From: Tubiluchus corallicola
Taxonomy: Eukaryota > Animalia > Priapulida
Length of the DNA: 64,000 nucleotides
Direction of reading: 5' to 3'
Assembly: GCA_030141605.1 (NCBI GenBank)
Contig: JAQGDQ010000655.1
Span: 1-64,000 of the forward strand
A program made the position numbers and the translations under genes. Of this stretch, positions 24,931 to 36,650 are shown in pieces. The notes under the pieces were generated by a model. That model worked only from the letters and a program-made list of their open reading frames with translations, was not told where the DNA came from and did not search any database. The first letter of the stretch is position 1. Each line of letters begins with the position of its first letter.

Positions 24931-25065
24931 CATTATTGTTGTAAGTTACCCAACCACAGACAGCACTAACTGTAGTTGTAAGTTACCCAACCACAGCCAG
25001 GCACTTCTGTAACTATTGTTTGCAAAATTTTCAGTTTCTGACCACGTCAGAAACATTGTCAACCA

Positions 25066-25185
<120 letters not shown>

Positions 25186-25906
25186 TTATTCGTACATAAA
25201 GGAACATGACTACGACGCAGTTACACAGTACATTACTAATATCTACAAATATAATTAGTTACATATTTACAATACATACATGAATACGGAAAACAAAACA
25301 ATAAACAGACAGAAATGGCAATTATTAACTTAAATAATTATACTTGAAAGTGCCAAACAATTATTTGTATATAATTAATCCTCCATCATAAACGTTGAAA
25401 TTTCATTTAATTCAGTCAAGGTACAAAAAGAGAAATCTCTTGCTTTTATTGTATTTAAAATACCCACGGCCGGAGATCTGAAATTTGATCTTCAGTTAGT
25501 TTGCGTTCCTCTTTAAATATGTCCGATGGTTACGTTAATTATGTTGTGCACTTAATATTTAATTGTAATTTCTTCATTTGTTTGCATTAGGCAGATGGAC
25601 ACAAGCATTACAATCATCATATAGTTAAACACATACACGTGACAGACTTACATTCCTGTTGTTAGCAAAAATAAAAATAAAAGAAAACTGACATTTTGCT
25701 CGGATTGGGCTTTCTCATAAAATAAGAATTAAATAATATATGTGCGATCAATACATATATATACGTTAAGGTAAAGTCAATGCTGTTTAATTTGCATTAA
25801 AAATCGTAAATGAGAAAGTACGAATCTTATCATGGGGCGTGCGGGGAATAACTTCTACAGAATGCTGTAGGCGCGTGTGTGGCTTTGGGCTTGGATAAAA
25901 GCTGTT

Positions 25907-27171
25907 ATGATGGCTACGTCATGTTTTGCTGCTATAGGTACCTAAACAGGAGACGCGCTAGGATCTCGCGTCATAATTGTAAACCCGGAGAGGTTTCATA
26001 GCAACAAAACAAGATATTGCGAGTTTTAAACTTTAAAGACACAACGAATTTCTTTCGCGCGTTATTTAAAGTTATTTTAGGTGGTTACAATGAAGATTAC
26101 AATGGAGATTATTTTAGGTACGTTTTTTCATTCCATTAATAACCCTGAAAGAGTGCCTGAACCTACAGTTTATACTCTGCACGCATATATCAATTATTCA
26201 CCGTTTTTCCAACACGCACGAACAAGTTCGGCAACTGTCTTAATGGCTAATTATTCTGTTTTTGTCCCTCACTTCCTACTTCCGCTCTGACAAATCCACG
26301 TGTTTGGCTGATCAACAGAAAATATCACTTCTAAAAATTGGCTTGACCTCATAACCGGTGTGCGTCGTTGCGGGACCCTACCTCTCATGTGACCGAGCTG
26401 CGTGTAAGCTAACGTTGTTCTTACTTGCAGAGAAGACCTGAATACTGCATGCATGAAACAGTTATTGATTTACGAATCAGTTACTGATCTGTCAGGTTAT
26501 AAGCCACCTGCGCATTGGACATTTAGGCAATGGACACTTGGGCAGTTGGGGTGTGGAAATTTGGGCAGCAGGCACTCAGGGGGTGAACACTTGGGCTGTG
26601 CCACTTGAGCAGTTGACATTTGGGCAGCACACTTGGGCAGTGACACTTGAGCAGTGAAAACGTTAAGAAGTACAAGTGGTGCAGAAAATTTTCAGAGGAG
26701 CACTAGCTACCTACCTGCCTACCTATCTAACCTACCTATTTACTTACCCACCTATATACCTGCTACCTACCTACTTACCTATCTATCTATCTACCTACCT
26801 ACTTAACATTAGGCTACCTACTATTTATATACCAAATGATCCACCTCACCTACCTACCGACCTGCTTACCTACTTACTTACCTCCCTATTTACCTACCCA
26901 CGTACCTACCTACCTACGTACCTACCTACCTACCTACCTACCTACCTACCTACCTACCTACCTACCTACCTACCTACCTACCTACCTACCTAACCTACCT
27001 ACCTACCTACCTACCTACTTACCGACCTACCTTCCTTCTTAGCTGACTGACTGACTAACCAAAAACTAACTAATAAACTAAGTACGTAATCCACTACTGT
27101 AGTTAATTATATAATTATTGTATAATTGTGAAAATTAATAGTCGTATACAAATCATCTATTTACTTGCTTG

Positions 27172-27268
<97 letters not shown>

Positions 27269-29624
27269 CTACTTACCTACTCATTCACTCACTCACTCTC
27301 TCACTCACTCACTCACTCACTCACTCACTCACTCACTCACTCACTCACTCACGCACTTGCTTATTGACTGGCTGGCTGGCTAACTGACTTACTAAAGAAC
27401 AAACCAAAATACTGTAGAATAAACGCAATGGCAAAAATAGATCACAATAGAAGTGAGTAGTATAGTATAGAATAGCTTGAAGTGTGTCGGAAACGAAGTT
27501 AACAGAATAATGTTTTCGTACCTGCTTGCCTTGTATGAATATATCTAAACAGTTTTAGGCAAGTGGATTGTCAAGGGTGTAGGCAGGCAGGCAGGCAGGT
27601 AGGTACGTACGTACGTAGGTAGATAAATAGGTAGGTACATATGTAGGTAGATAGGGAAGTAGGAAGGAAGGTAGGCAAGCAGGAGATTTAGATAATTCAT
27701 GATTAATTAAAAATTATTAATTACTCATAATTCAAGTTTGATTTTTTTAATTTTAATGCTTATAGTCTTGCTACAGCCGATGCGCTTTTGCGATGTAAAT
27801 TATAACGGACTCATTCTTTGTTTTGCGGCACTTTGAATGCACATTACCGACTGTCCTATCGGTAAAAATAGAATATTTCAATTTTATAATAAGAGCTAAA
27901 TTATTTACTTTTTCAGCCTACCAGCTGGGCATTGCTGCTATGGGAATAGCCATAGTCGTTATAACAGCGATACTGATTTATTTATGGTAAGTATCGACAA
28001 CTAAAAGAAGCACGATTTGTTTTAATATTTAAATACTGCTATTATATGAAAAAAGATTCTTGCCCGATGTATGTCCGTTCCAAACACCTATATGTGAACC
28101 TGTGACTAGGAGGGTGGAATTAGACGCCAGTCGGGCTGTTGGGTAAAGAAACCGCGTATGTTTTGAACTAATAAGCAACTATTATAATTATAAGCAGCCA
28201 TTGACCAACTGGTGGTATCTTTAGGATAAATAGGATAAATGCTCCTATAGTCGAATTCTGTTTTAAAAATCGAAGTGATGGAATAATGTGGATGTGCAAC
28301 CCATCCTGAGAGGTGTTATGACACCGTGTAGAATCGTTTCGTTAGGCAATTATCAACCAATGAGAGTTATAACTCAGATTTTGACATGACGTTGCAGCTC
28401 TTGTTTGAACTTTATCATTTAGTTCTAATCCTGTAGGAGTAAAATTGGGCTGAGTTTGATGGGTTGCACACATCTTATTAGTCTGGTAGATTTCCCCTTT
28501 TCATCCTTCCCTTTCCAGCCTTATTTTTAAAGTTTTCAACTGTGGCCAGTGGTAAGTTTTAGATGAAGTTACAGACTCTTAATCTGTTTTCTTACGTTCA
28601 GTACATGGAGCCACATATGTCAGAGCAGCTTCATCTTCAGGTGACAAAATTTCCTGCCCACCCTGTAGAAAGTTTTATACGTTTCTAACGGCAATTAATG
28701 TGTAATTATGCGCTCATTAATTTAGGTGTGGTGGAAGATGGAAAAGAAGGTCATCGTGGGATCTTGAACTTGAAGGCTGCTGCGATGAAGGATCCCACAT
28801 TGGTATCTTGTTTTTGTTTTTGCATATATCATGTTTGCTATTTAAACTTCTTACTTGATCTTAAGACTGCTTAGAACAACAATTTTCTGACTTTCACCCA
28901 TCCATTTGTCAGATAGGTCCAAAGATCACTGACTATGAACATTAATTCGTTATACGATCCATATTATTAGGCTTTGGAACTCACCGGATTTGTAATTTTT
29001 TTCCATAGCTTTTGTAAACCCTATAATGTGATGCTACGTTTACTGGTTTGTTAAGGTTGGTTTGCTGATACATTGATATCTAGTAGGTTTATTCAAGCAG
29101 CTAGATAATTTATTATATATACTCTATAATCTAAACATCTTATACATGTCCGTCAAAAATACTGTCTTGTATGGTTTTATGATGTTCTTGTATAATTGCA
29201 ACCTCTTTTTGCGTTTGTGTTTGATGTGTGTGGCAGTGAATAAACGAATGAGTAATTAAATAAATTATTGTGTTAAGATACGTTCATACACATCTTCGTG
29301 AATAATTTTTTTTCTTTTCATTTCAGACGAAGCTATTGAGACTCTACCTGATGTGCATGGATGGCCAAAGAAGCAAAACTTTTGGCTTAAAGATCGAGCA
29401 ATGTACAAGTACGTGGTCCAAGATCTGAAGGATGAAAAGTATATGTACGTTTCGTTTAAAATTTTTATCATAATAATTTATTACAATGGATAATATTAAC
29501 AACATATGCATTAATATGTACAACACCATCAATGTTGTGTTTCAAATTGTGTTACAGACTGGCAAAGTGGAGAGCAATGTACAACCCGAGCGCACGCCTG
29601 TTCTTCGAAAACGAAGTGAATTGA
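25907..29624 (+). CDS. Uncharacterised single-pass membrane protein, copy 2 (8 small exons, at least 167 aa)
   Basis: Exons 25907-25937 (start uncertain), 26081-26117, 26431-26495, 27917-27986, 28602-28640, 28726-28802, 29327-29444 and 29558-29624; all GT-AG and phase-compatible (504 nt). TM segment LGIAAMGIAIVVITAILIYL. Synonymous changes versus copy 1 in the last exons (aaa/aag, agg/aga, ctc/ctg, tac/tat) support the frame. Confidence 0.7.
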
Positions 29625-30005
29625 ATTTGATATTTTTTTGTCATTTTTTTGCCTTTGTTAACTGTATATAATTAGTTGATGTATACATTTATTCAAATAA
29701 CAATGACCTTATCACCAGTTAATCAAGTCAAGTATTTTGCCCACATATTGCACTTTTCGTACGATCAAATGAAAACACCGAATGAGCTGACACATTGGCC
29801 TGCTGTGAGAGAACTCCAGTCGAGATATCCCTGAATTTTCATACATCCCTGAACCGTCCAGTGAATTGAAAACTGATCGTAAGCAGACACCGCAGAGTGT
29901 TTAGTCGTATACTGCCCTTACAGGCATTTATTTAAACGAAATACTTTATGATTGTAACTGTTTGTGGTGTGTAAGGCGACGACTTATTTAACCTTTATGG
30001 GCTTT
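25940..30005 (+). repeat. Segmental tandem duplication, copy 2
   Basis: Colinear with 20695-24675; carries an extra ~155 bp at 28857-29011. Confidence 0.95.
26705..27385. repeat. CCTA/CTTA/CTCA microsatellite mosaic
   Basis: Direct inspection. Confidence 0.92.
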
Positions 30006-30104
30006 TAAAGTGCTCAAAGCTGCACAGGGGAAGGTCTTACTAAAATAATTAAATCAAGATCATTTTGTAATGAAAATATCAAATGAACATTTAAATAATA
30101 TATA

Positions 30105-30575
30105 AAGCACAAGAAAACCATCCACTTACATAAAGCTTAAAAAATTTGTCTTGAAATTTTGTGTCCCTCACATACTGCCGTTTTGCATACAGGACTTGCG
30201 TCGACAGCAACACTGTATAAAACTTGTAGTTTAAACTCCCGCGATGACCGTTAGACGCAGCCATTTTGACGATAGGCATTTGAAACAAGTTTAGATAACA
30301 CTGAGTAAAGTTTGAAAAATAGACCGAACATTCGTAGTGCACACGTCACTGACAAAGTAAAATTTTAAATTACTGTATCTTGTCAATTAGATTAAAAATA
30401 CGTTTTTTGGCTAGTGAGCGGTGAAACCTGGAGGATGAGTCAGCGACATTTTACCGATTGGTGAAAGCACGTTAAATAATCAACAATTTTCTTTTCTAGT
30501 TACACACAAGTCTTTCAAGCAGGTTAGCGAAATGCTAAGTAACATAACGACGCATGTAAAGTTTTTTTGGGACAT
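30105..30575 (-). mobile_element. MITE family A partial copy
   Basis: AGCACAAGAAAACCATCCACTTACATAAAGC start; colinear with 3552-4030. Confidence 0.75.
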
Positions 30576-31639
30576 AGGCATCCTACTAGGATACAAACGC
30601 CTTAGTGTAAAAAACTCTGATAGTGCCTTCCATCACACAGGCCACTAATTATAATGCCCTAGATTGTTACATCCTACTGTGGTCTCTGTTGTCTTCCTAT
30701 TAAGTTTGCATTTAGCATCTTCCTAAATCAGGCCCAGAGCGAATCCTCAAAATTATGATTCTAATACTGAGTTTCTAAGCTTATAGTACCCTCCCTATAA
30801 TTATTCTACAATTACTTGCGATATTTCCTTTAGATGCCCTGTGGGTGGCCTCAGATGGCCCAAAATTTTTGATCTTGGTCAATGAGTTTGACATGCATTT
30901 TATGCAGAGGTTACTTACACACCAAAAATCTAAAACGAAGAACAAAAGGTTTTGGTAAAATGAAAAAAATTAAGTGATTTGTCAACGACACTCCACGTTT
31001 TAATTAACAACGCCAAACTGCCCTGCATAAGCTTGTATTTGATATATTACACAATATGTTTGACACATTTCCTGCAGATGCAGATGACCCCAGGTGGGCC
31101 AACATTTGTTAGTGTCAAACCCATCGCACTCCAAGCTTTAATTTGATATATTACTCGATATGATCGAGACATTCCCTATTGATGACCTTGGAGTGACCCC
31201 GGGTGGGCCAAAAGTTTAACAGTGTCGAAGGATCTTGCTTTGGAACAAGAAGAAATGAACTAGGTAAGGTTCAAGCTAGCTGTTAAAACACGTCAATACT
31301 CTGACTGCTACAATACCCTTGGGTTGCGAGGCGTTGTCAAGTGTACACAAATGCGTTTGGTACACTTGACCTTTGACCTTTTCACGATCATCGTCAATCG
31401 CTGGAACTATGAAAAGGCATATTTTAGTTACTTGTCATCACACTACCTGATCAATTTTCCATTACATTTAGTTGCCGTGGTTTTACGTACTGCGCCGTTG
31501 ACAACTCACAATATCGGTAATGTTAATTCCACCGACCTTGACAGGGTCAAGGTCAAGAAATAAATCGATGCAGTCAGCTCCTCCATATGCGGATGCATGA
31601 GGCACAAAGCGTACACCACCAATAATCAATTATTTGTGA

Positions 31640-33884
31640 ATAACCCACATGGTGCAAATAAAATACAATAGAGCATCAGGTTTAAAGCAATTCGAATCAG
31701 TTAGTGTACAAAATGAAACTTGTAACTTCGCCACTTTATTTTATATAATTTATTCTGATTGTATGAACCACAATACATACATGAGCAGGTGCTATATGCA
31801 AAGAGAAACTGCAATATACATCTTCCAACCCAGTAAGTAATATAAAACAAACCACACGTACACACATTTCTCTCTCTGTACAAAAGTACACGATGTTTGG
31901 TAAACAAATTGTTAATCTGTACTCAAATGTAGCAGGTATGCTAACTAACAGTTATATTCAGTTAACTCACTGACAGATTGACTGACTAACAACAACATTA
32001 TGGTAATGAACATGTGTAAGTATAACATGCAGTTTTATGAGTAACATGGCTGTTTAAAGAATGCTACAATGAATTAAGGTAATGTTTAAAGTAATGTTTT
32101 AATACTTCGGTAACATATAACATTAGTACTTTCATAGATACATTCTTTGAACAGAACTACATATAGGCCATCTAACCCTTCTGCAGAACAATGCACATAG
32201 GGCAACATTACGAATAACAATGATTACCATTGCACAGGTTAGCCAAAGTAATAATCGTCCTGCAGTATGGTAGATGTTGAATGTTTATGGTCAACTATTT
32301 TACGCTAAAAATCATAAGCCAAAACACGCAACGAGGGCAATTTCTAACTGAAAGACGATATCACAGAACCATGGTTTACAACGTTATAGGTGACAGCGCA
32401 GAGCAGTGTGTACGTGCGCAGTGTACGGCTGCACGCAAAGTACAACAAGCCAACGCACAGAAATCTGCACCCTGCCGTACTTCGCGGGCGTCTAAATCGG
32501 CACACAATGTACGTAAGTAGTTTCGTAGGCCGGGCAATGCTTTGCAAGCACGAGCAAATAATATAGACAACTGGGCTATATGAACAAGCAAATATAAACA
32601 CAAGTATGATTAGATTTCACAGTCTAAATATTAGCGTTACACGAATCCATTAACTAAGATTATGGAAAATGTGGTACAATAATGAAGCTAGTGATTAATA
32701 ATACCACGGTGCAATACCGGATCCAGAAGAGAGGTGCGCACGGGGCAAACGTTGCGCGGTTCTCCTGGTTTGGCATACGCACAGTGGTAATCAAACTGTA
32801 TAATATAAGCTATATATAAGAATTAATGCAAAAGTGCAAAATGCAGTGAGAAACCCACAAATTATACATACATACACATTTCCTAAGCTAATTTAATAGC
32901 TGCTAGCAGCTCAGATCCGGGGGGCAGCCGGGATCAGCAAGTCTGCCAAGTAGTACTGGAAACGTAGGCATGGGTCACTGCCCGGGGCAAAAAGGCCAGT
33001 GTCCATAGCCACGTCCAGAGATGCAAAAAACTTCCCACTCTCGGTGTATTTCGCGATTAACGAACTGCATTCGCACGCGGGAGCAACGGGAAACTTCCCG
33101 TGCCGCCGTAAAAGTAAACGCTAAAAACAACGAATTAATGGCAATTAACTTCAAAACTCTGAATAGACAACATTTTCTATCACGGAACAAGCAAAATTTT
33201 TCAACATTCTTGCAATTAGAAAGAAAACAAAATTATTAAAGATGGTGAACACACTTAATCATCTTGAAGCTATCGACCACCTTGACTTTAACAAGATAAA
33301 ACGAAAATTAAATTTTAACTCGACTTCGCAAATTCTATTCCAAGTGTTAAGAAAAACAGTTGCACACTTACTCGACAATAATGTTCATCCGAAAAAACAT
33401 GTCAATTTACTATCCTAGTAAGTATCTCACAATCTCAGAATATCTTTAATATTCAAGATGCTAGTTCAGCTAGCAACAAACTGAAACCTAACCGTGCTTC
33501 TTCAATGTAATATTAGTGCTCACAGGGCAACAAGTCCATAAAACTCAAAAATCACGCTTTAATATTTCGTCTTAAACATTCTTTCTCTGCTCAGGAGTTT
33601 CTAGCAACCATCTCCACGACTTGAAGTAATTAATACATATATGAGGCAGTAAGAATTCGTAAAGGAATTTTCGAACAAAATTCGCTCAGTAAATAATGTA
33701 CAACAATTTGTTCTCGACATGGCTGCTCTTACATCTACCTATCCATGGAATAATTACAACTTTCAATTAAACCGACGTTAATTAAGTAAAAATTTAACCA
33801 GGAAAAGTGATTCACTAATGAGAACCTTATTTGCTTTTGTCATCCTAGGAATCACGAAACCCAAATTCGCCCGCTGCTTCCAAA
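31640..33884 (-). other. Probable long 3' UTR of PRRC2
   Basis: Transposon-poor stretch after the stop codon, with a minus-strand AATAAA near 31735-31740. The end is not determinable from sequence alone. Confidence 0.5.
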
Positions 33885-36650
33885 TTACTGAGTCTCCGCG
33901 GTTTCGTTTGCCGTTGCCGTTTCAGCAGGAGCTACGGATGCTACTGGCTTCTTATCAATTGTAGCATCCTCATCAACTTTGATCACCTCTGTCGGCGCGG
34001 TAACAGCTATGGGCTTTACTTCCGCTGATTTTTCTGTAGTTACAGACGTTGCTGTAGTCGTCGCCGTCGCAGCGGACGAGGCATTTTCCGCTGCTTTTTG
34101 CTCGGCTTTCTTTTGAATAGCCTTTTCTGCATCGGCCTGTTTTTGGAAATACAGCTGTGTCTGTTCAAGAACTTTGCGTCTTTCAGCAGCTTGCTGCTCT
34201 TTTATCGAAGCAGCCGTCGTGATCGTCGACGAATTGCTCACGACCGATGTACTCATAACCGTCTTTGTAGACGAAGACGTCTTCGTTGTCGCTGAAGTCG
34301 ACTGACCATAAGGTCGCTGTATGGGACCCGGATATCGTCCCGGCGCAAGATTACTCTGAACAAGGGATGGTGGAGGCGGAGGAGCCGAGCGGGCCTGCGT
34401 TAACGAGCTAGCCGATACGGATTTGCTATGTGAAGTGTTGAACTGCTGAGACTGCGTGGATAGACTAGACACAGTCTTCAACACGGACGTGGTAGAAGTT
34501 TTACTGCAGACGTTTGTGGCAAAGTGAGGAGTCGGTTTGGTGCTACCGGAAGCCTGAGTAGTCTGAGATACGACAGTGGCGGCACCTGCAGCATTAATGA
34601 TGCTGTTCAACACGTCATTTTGAATGTTCAGCACTTTGGGACTACTTGGCGATACGGGAGGGTTACTGTCGCCGACCGGCTTCATGTGATGAGGGCGCAG
34701 ATTGCGCGAGATCGCCGGGTGGGGCATGTTGGATCCCGGAGGCGGCATAGACAAGTTGATAGGCTGGGAGTTAAAGGACTGCTGCTGTGAACCAAACGTC
34801 GGAAGTTGGTATGTCTGCGTGATGGGAACAGTCATCTGCGGCAGAGCTGCGCTGCCGGTTGCAGCTTGATAGAATCCAGTCTGTTGGTTCGGCGAATAGA
34901 ATGAAGATGGCGGCTGTATCGGTTGAATAGTCGGCACGCTTGGTACAGTAGGCTGTCTAGACTGCAACAGCTGTGAACTCAGCAACGGCGAGTTGCTCAA
35001 GTTGCTAATATTCTGCGGCTGATTCATGCCTAGTACTTGTGAAGGGTCAAACTGTATGTACATTTGTGATGGCTGCAGCGAAGAAAGCTGAGCGCTTCCC
35101 TGACTGAAACCCAGGGTCGATAAATTAGATAAGTTGGAAACGCCGGACAGATGACCGGTGGCTTTTCCGGTGCTGCCGAATCCAGTCTGCGTTGCCTTGA
35201 GCGAAGGTGTTACCAATGAAGGTGCTGATGATAATATGATGCTCTGATTGCTGGACTGCTGATAATCGTGAGTTCTGTACGTTGCCGGCGAATACAGATC
35301 AGACGTCGGAAGTGCCGGGTTTGTTAGGAATAAATTCTGTTGATTGTACGTCTGCGTGCCCGGCGGATGTGTGAACGTGACTTGTGTGACAGGCTGTGAG
35401 ATTCCGTATCCAAAGCTCGGTTGTGATCCAAACTGATTCGTCTGTGATCCGTACTGCAGGCGCTGCGTCAACATCTGAGGTGCATCCACTTGGAATGGTT
35501 GATACAACGCGGACTGTTGCATAGCGTTGTAGACAATAGGTGGACTGGGGATGCTCGGTACAGTAGAGAACGACTGTGACGTACCAACTGACATGGAAGC
35601 ATACTGCTGCTGTGGCTTCACTTTGCATACGTTGCTGGCTTCGCTCAGTGACGGCTTCATCATGCCAGACGACGTCGTCGTGAACACCGACGAGGTGTAG
35701 TTCATCGAAGACGAATGTCGGCGGATGTCATCTATCGAATCGTTTCCACGGTGACCGACATCAGCATCACTGTAGTTACTATAATGTGAACTGCTGGACG
35801 AAAACTGCCCAACGCCAGAGCCGTACTGTCCACTGCCAGAACCATACTGTACGTTGCCCGTACCGCTGCTGTACTGAGACATACCCGATGGAACGTTGTA
35901 CTGTGAACCAGAGTTGCCATACTGGGAATTGCTGGCGTTGAATTGCCCAGCACCTTGGCTGTACTGAGAGACATTGGAACTATACTGCGGCGCGTTGACA
36001 TTAAATTGTGAATTGGAGGCATTGTACTGCGACGTCGATGCAGTATACTGTGAACTGCCAGAGCTATAAGCTGAGGAAGCAGAGCTAATATTGTACTGTG
36101 GCGAAGTGCTGATGTTGTCAGCAGACATGCTGTGCTTCGTTACCAAACTTCCATACGATTCGGCCTGGCTTATATCATCACTCGACAAACTTTTAGATGC
36201 AAATGACCCGTACGCTTGATTATCTCCGCTCGAGAATGCTGTGTACTTCTGCGAACTCTGTTCTTGCGAGGGATTGTAAGAGTACGACTGCACTTTCGCA
36301 GCAGCTTCTTCGGCCATCTTTGCCTGAAAGGCTTTGTACGTCTGCGGAGTGTTCTCGTCTTGCGGAAAGCTGGTATAAGCTTGCCCTCCAGACATCTCTT
36401 CCATTACTGTTGGCATCGATTCCCAGACTTTCTTCACCGATGCAATTTTCATGTTCAAATCTACGGTAGATGGCGATATTGGCGAATTCATGGAATTCAT
36501 CGCAGACTGTCGGGACTGAACGTGACTGCTGCCAACTGGAAGAGTCCGGGGCGGCATGCTCCCTTGCTGCTTATTGCTCATCTTTGCCTCGGTGATTTTT
36601 GCAAGCTCCGCATCAAACGTAAAGTCAATCTTCATGTCGGATGAACCAAT
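33885..36650 (-). CDS. PRRC2: PRRC2 terminal coding exon (922 codons including stop; S/Q/T-rich)
   Basis: Long ORF; acceptor ttgtag|ATTGGT; contains DLNMKIASVKKVWESMP. Confidence 0.93.
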   Translation of the reverse strand: MGSSDMKIDFTFDAELAKITEAKMSNKQQGSMPPRTLPVGSSHVQSRQSAMNSMNSPISPSTVDLNMKIASVKKVWESMPTVMEEMSGGQAYTSFPQDENTPQTYKAFQAKMAEEAAAKVQSYSYNPSQEQSSQKYTAFSSGDNQAYGSFASKSLSSDDISQAESYGSLVTKHSMSADNISTSPQYNISSASSAYSSGSSQYTASTSQYNASNSQFNVNAPQYSSNVSQYSQGAGQFNASNSQYGNSGSQYNVPSGMSQYSSGTGNVQYGSGSGQYGSGVGQFSSSSSHYSNYSDADVGHRGNDSIDDIRRHSSSMNYTSSVFTTTSSGMMKPSLSEASNVCKVKPQQQYASMSVGTSQSFSTVPSIPSPPIVYNAMQQSALYQPFQVDAPQMLTQRLQYGSQTNQFGSQPSFGYGISQPVTQVTFTHPPGTQTYNQQNLFLTNPALPTSDLYSPATYRTHDYQQSSNQSIILSSAPSLVTPSLKATQTGFGSTGKATGHLSGVSNLSNLSTLGFSQGSAQLSSLQPSQMYIQFDPSQVLGMNQPQNISNLSNSPLLSSQLLQSRQPTVPSVPTIQPIQPPSSFYSPNQQTGFYQAATGSAALPQMTVPITQTYQLPTFGSQQQSFNSQPINLSMPPPGSNMPHPAISRNLRPHHMKPVGDSNPPVSPSSPKVLNIQNDVLNSIINAAGAATVVSQTTQASGSTKPTPHFATNVCSKTSTTSVLKTVSSLSTQSQQFNTSHSKSVSASSLTQARSAPPPPPSLVQSNLAPGRYPGPIQRPYGQSTSATTKTSSSTKTVMSTSVVSNSSTITTAASIKEQQAAERRKVLEQTQLYFQKQADAEKAIQKKAEQKAAENASSAATATTTATSVTTEKSAEVKPIAVTAPTEVIKVDEDATIDKKPVASVAPAETATANETAETQ

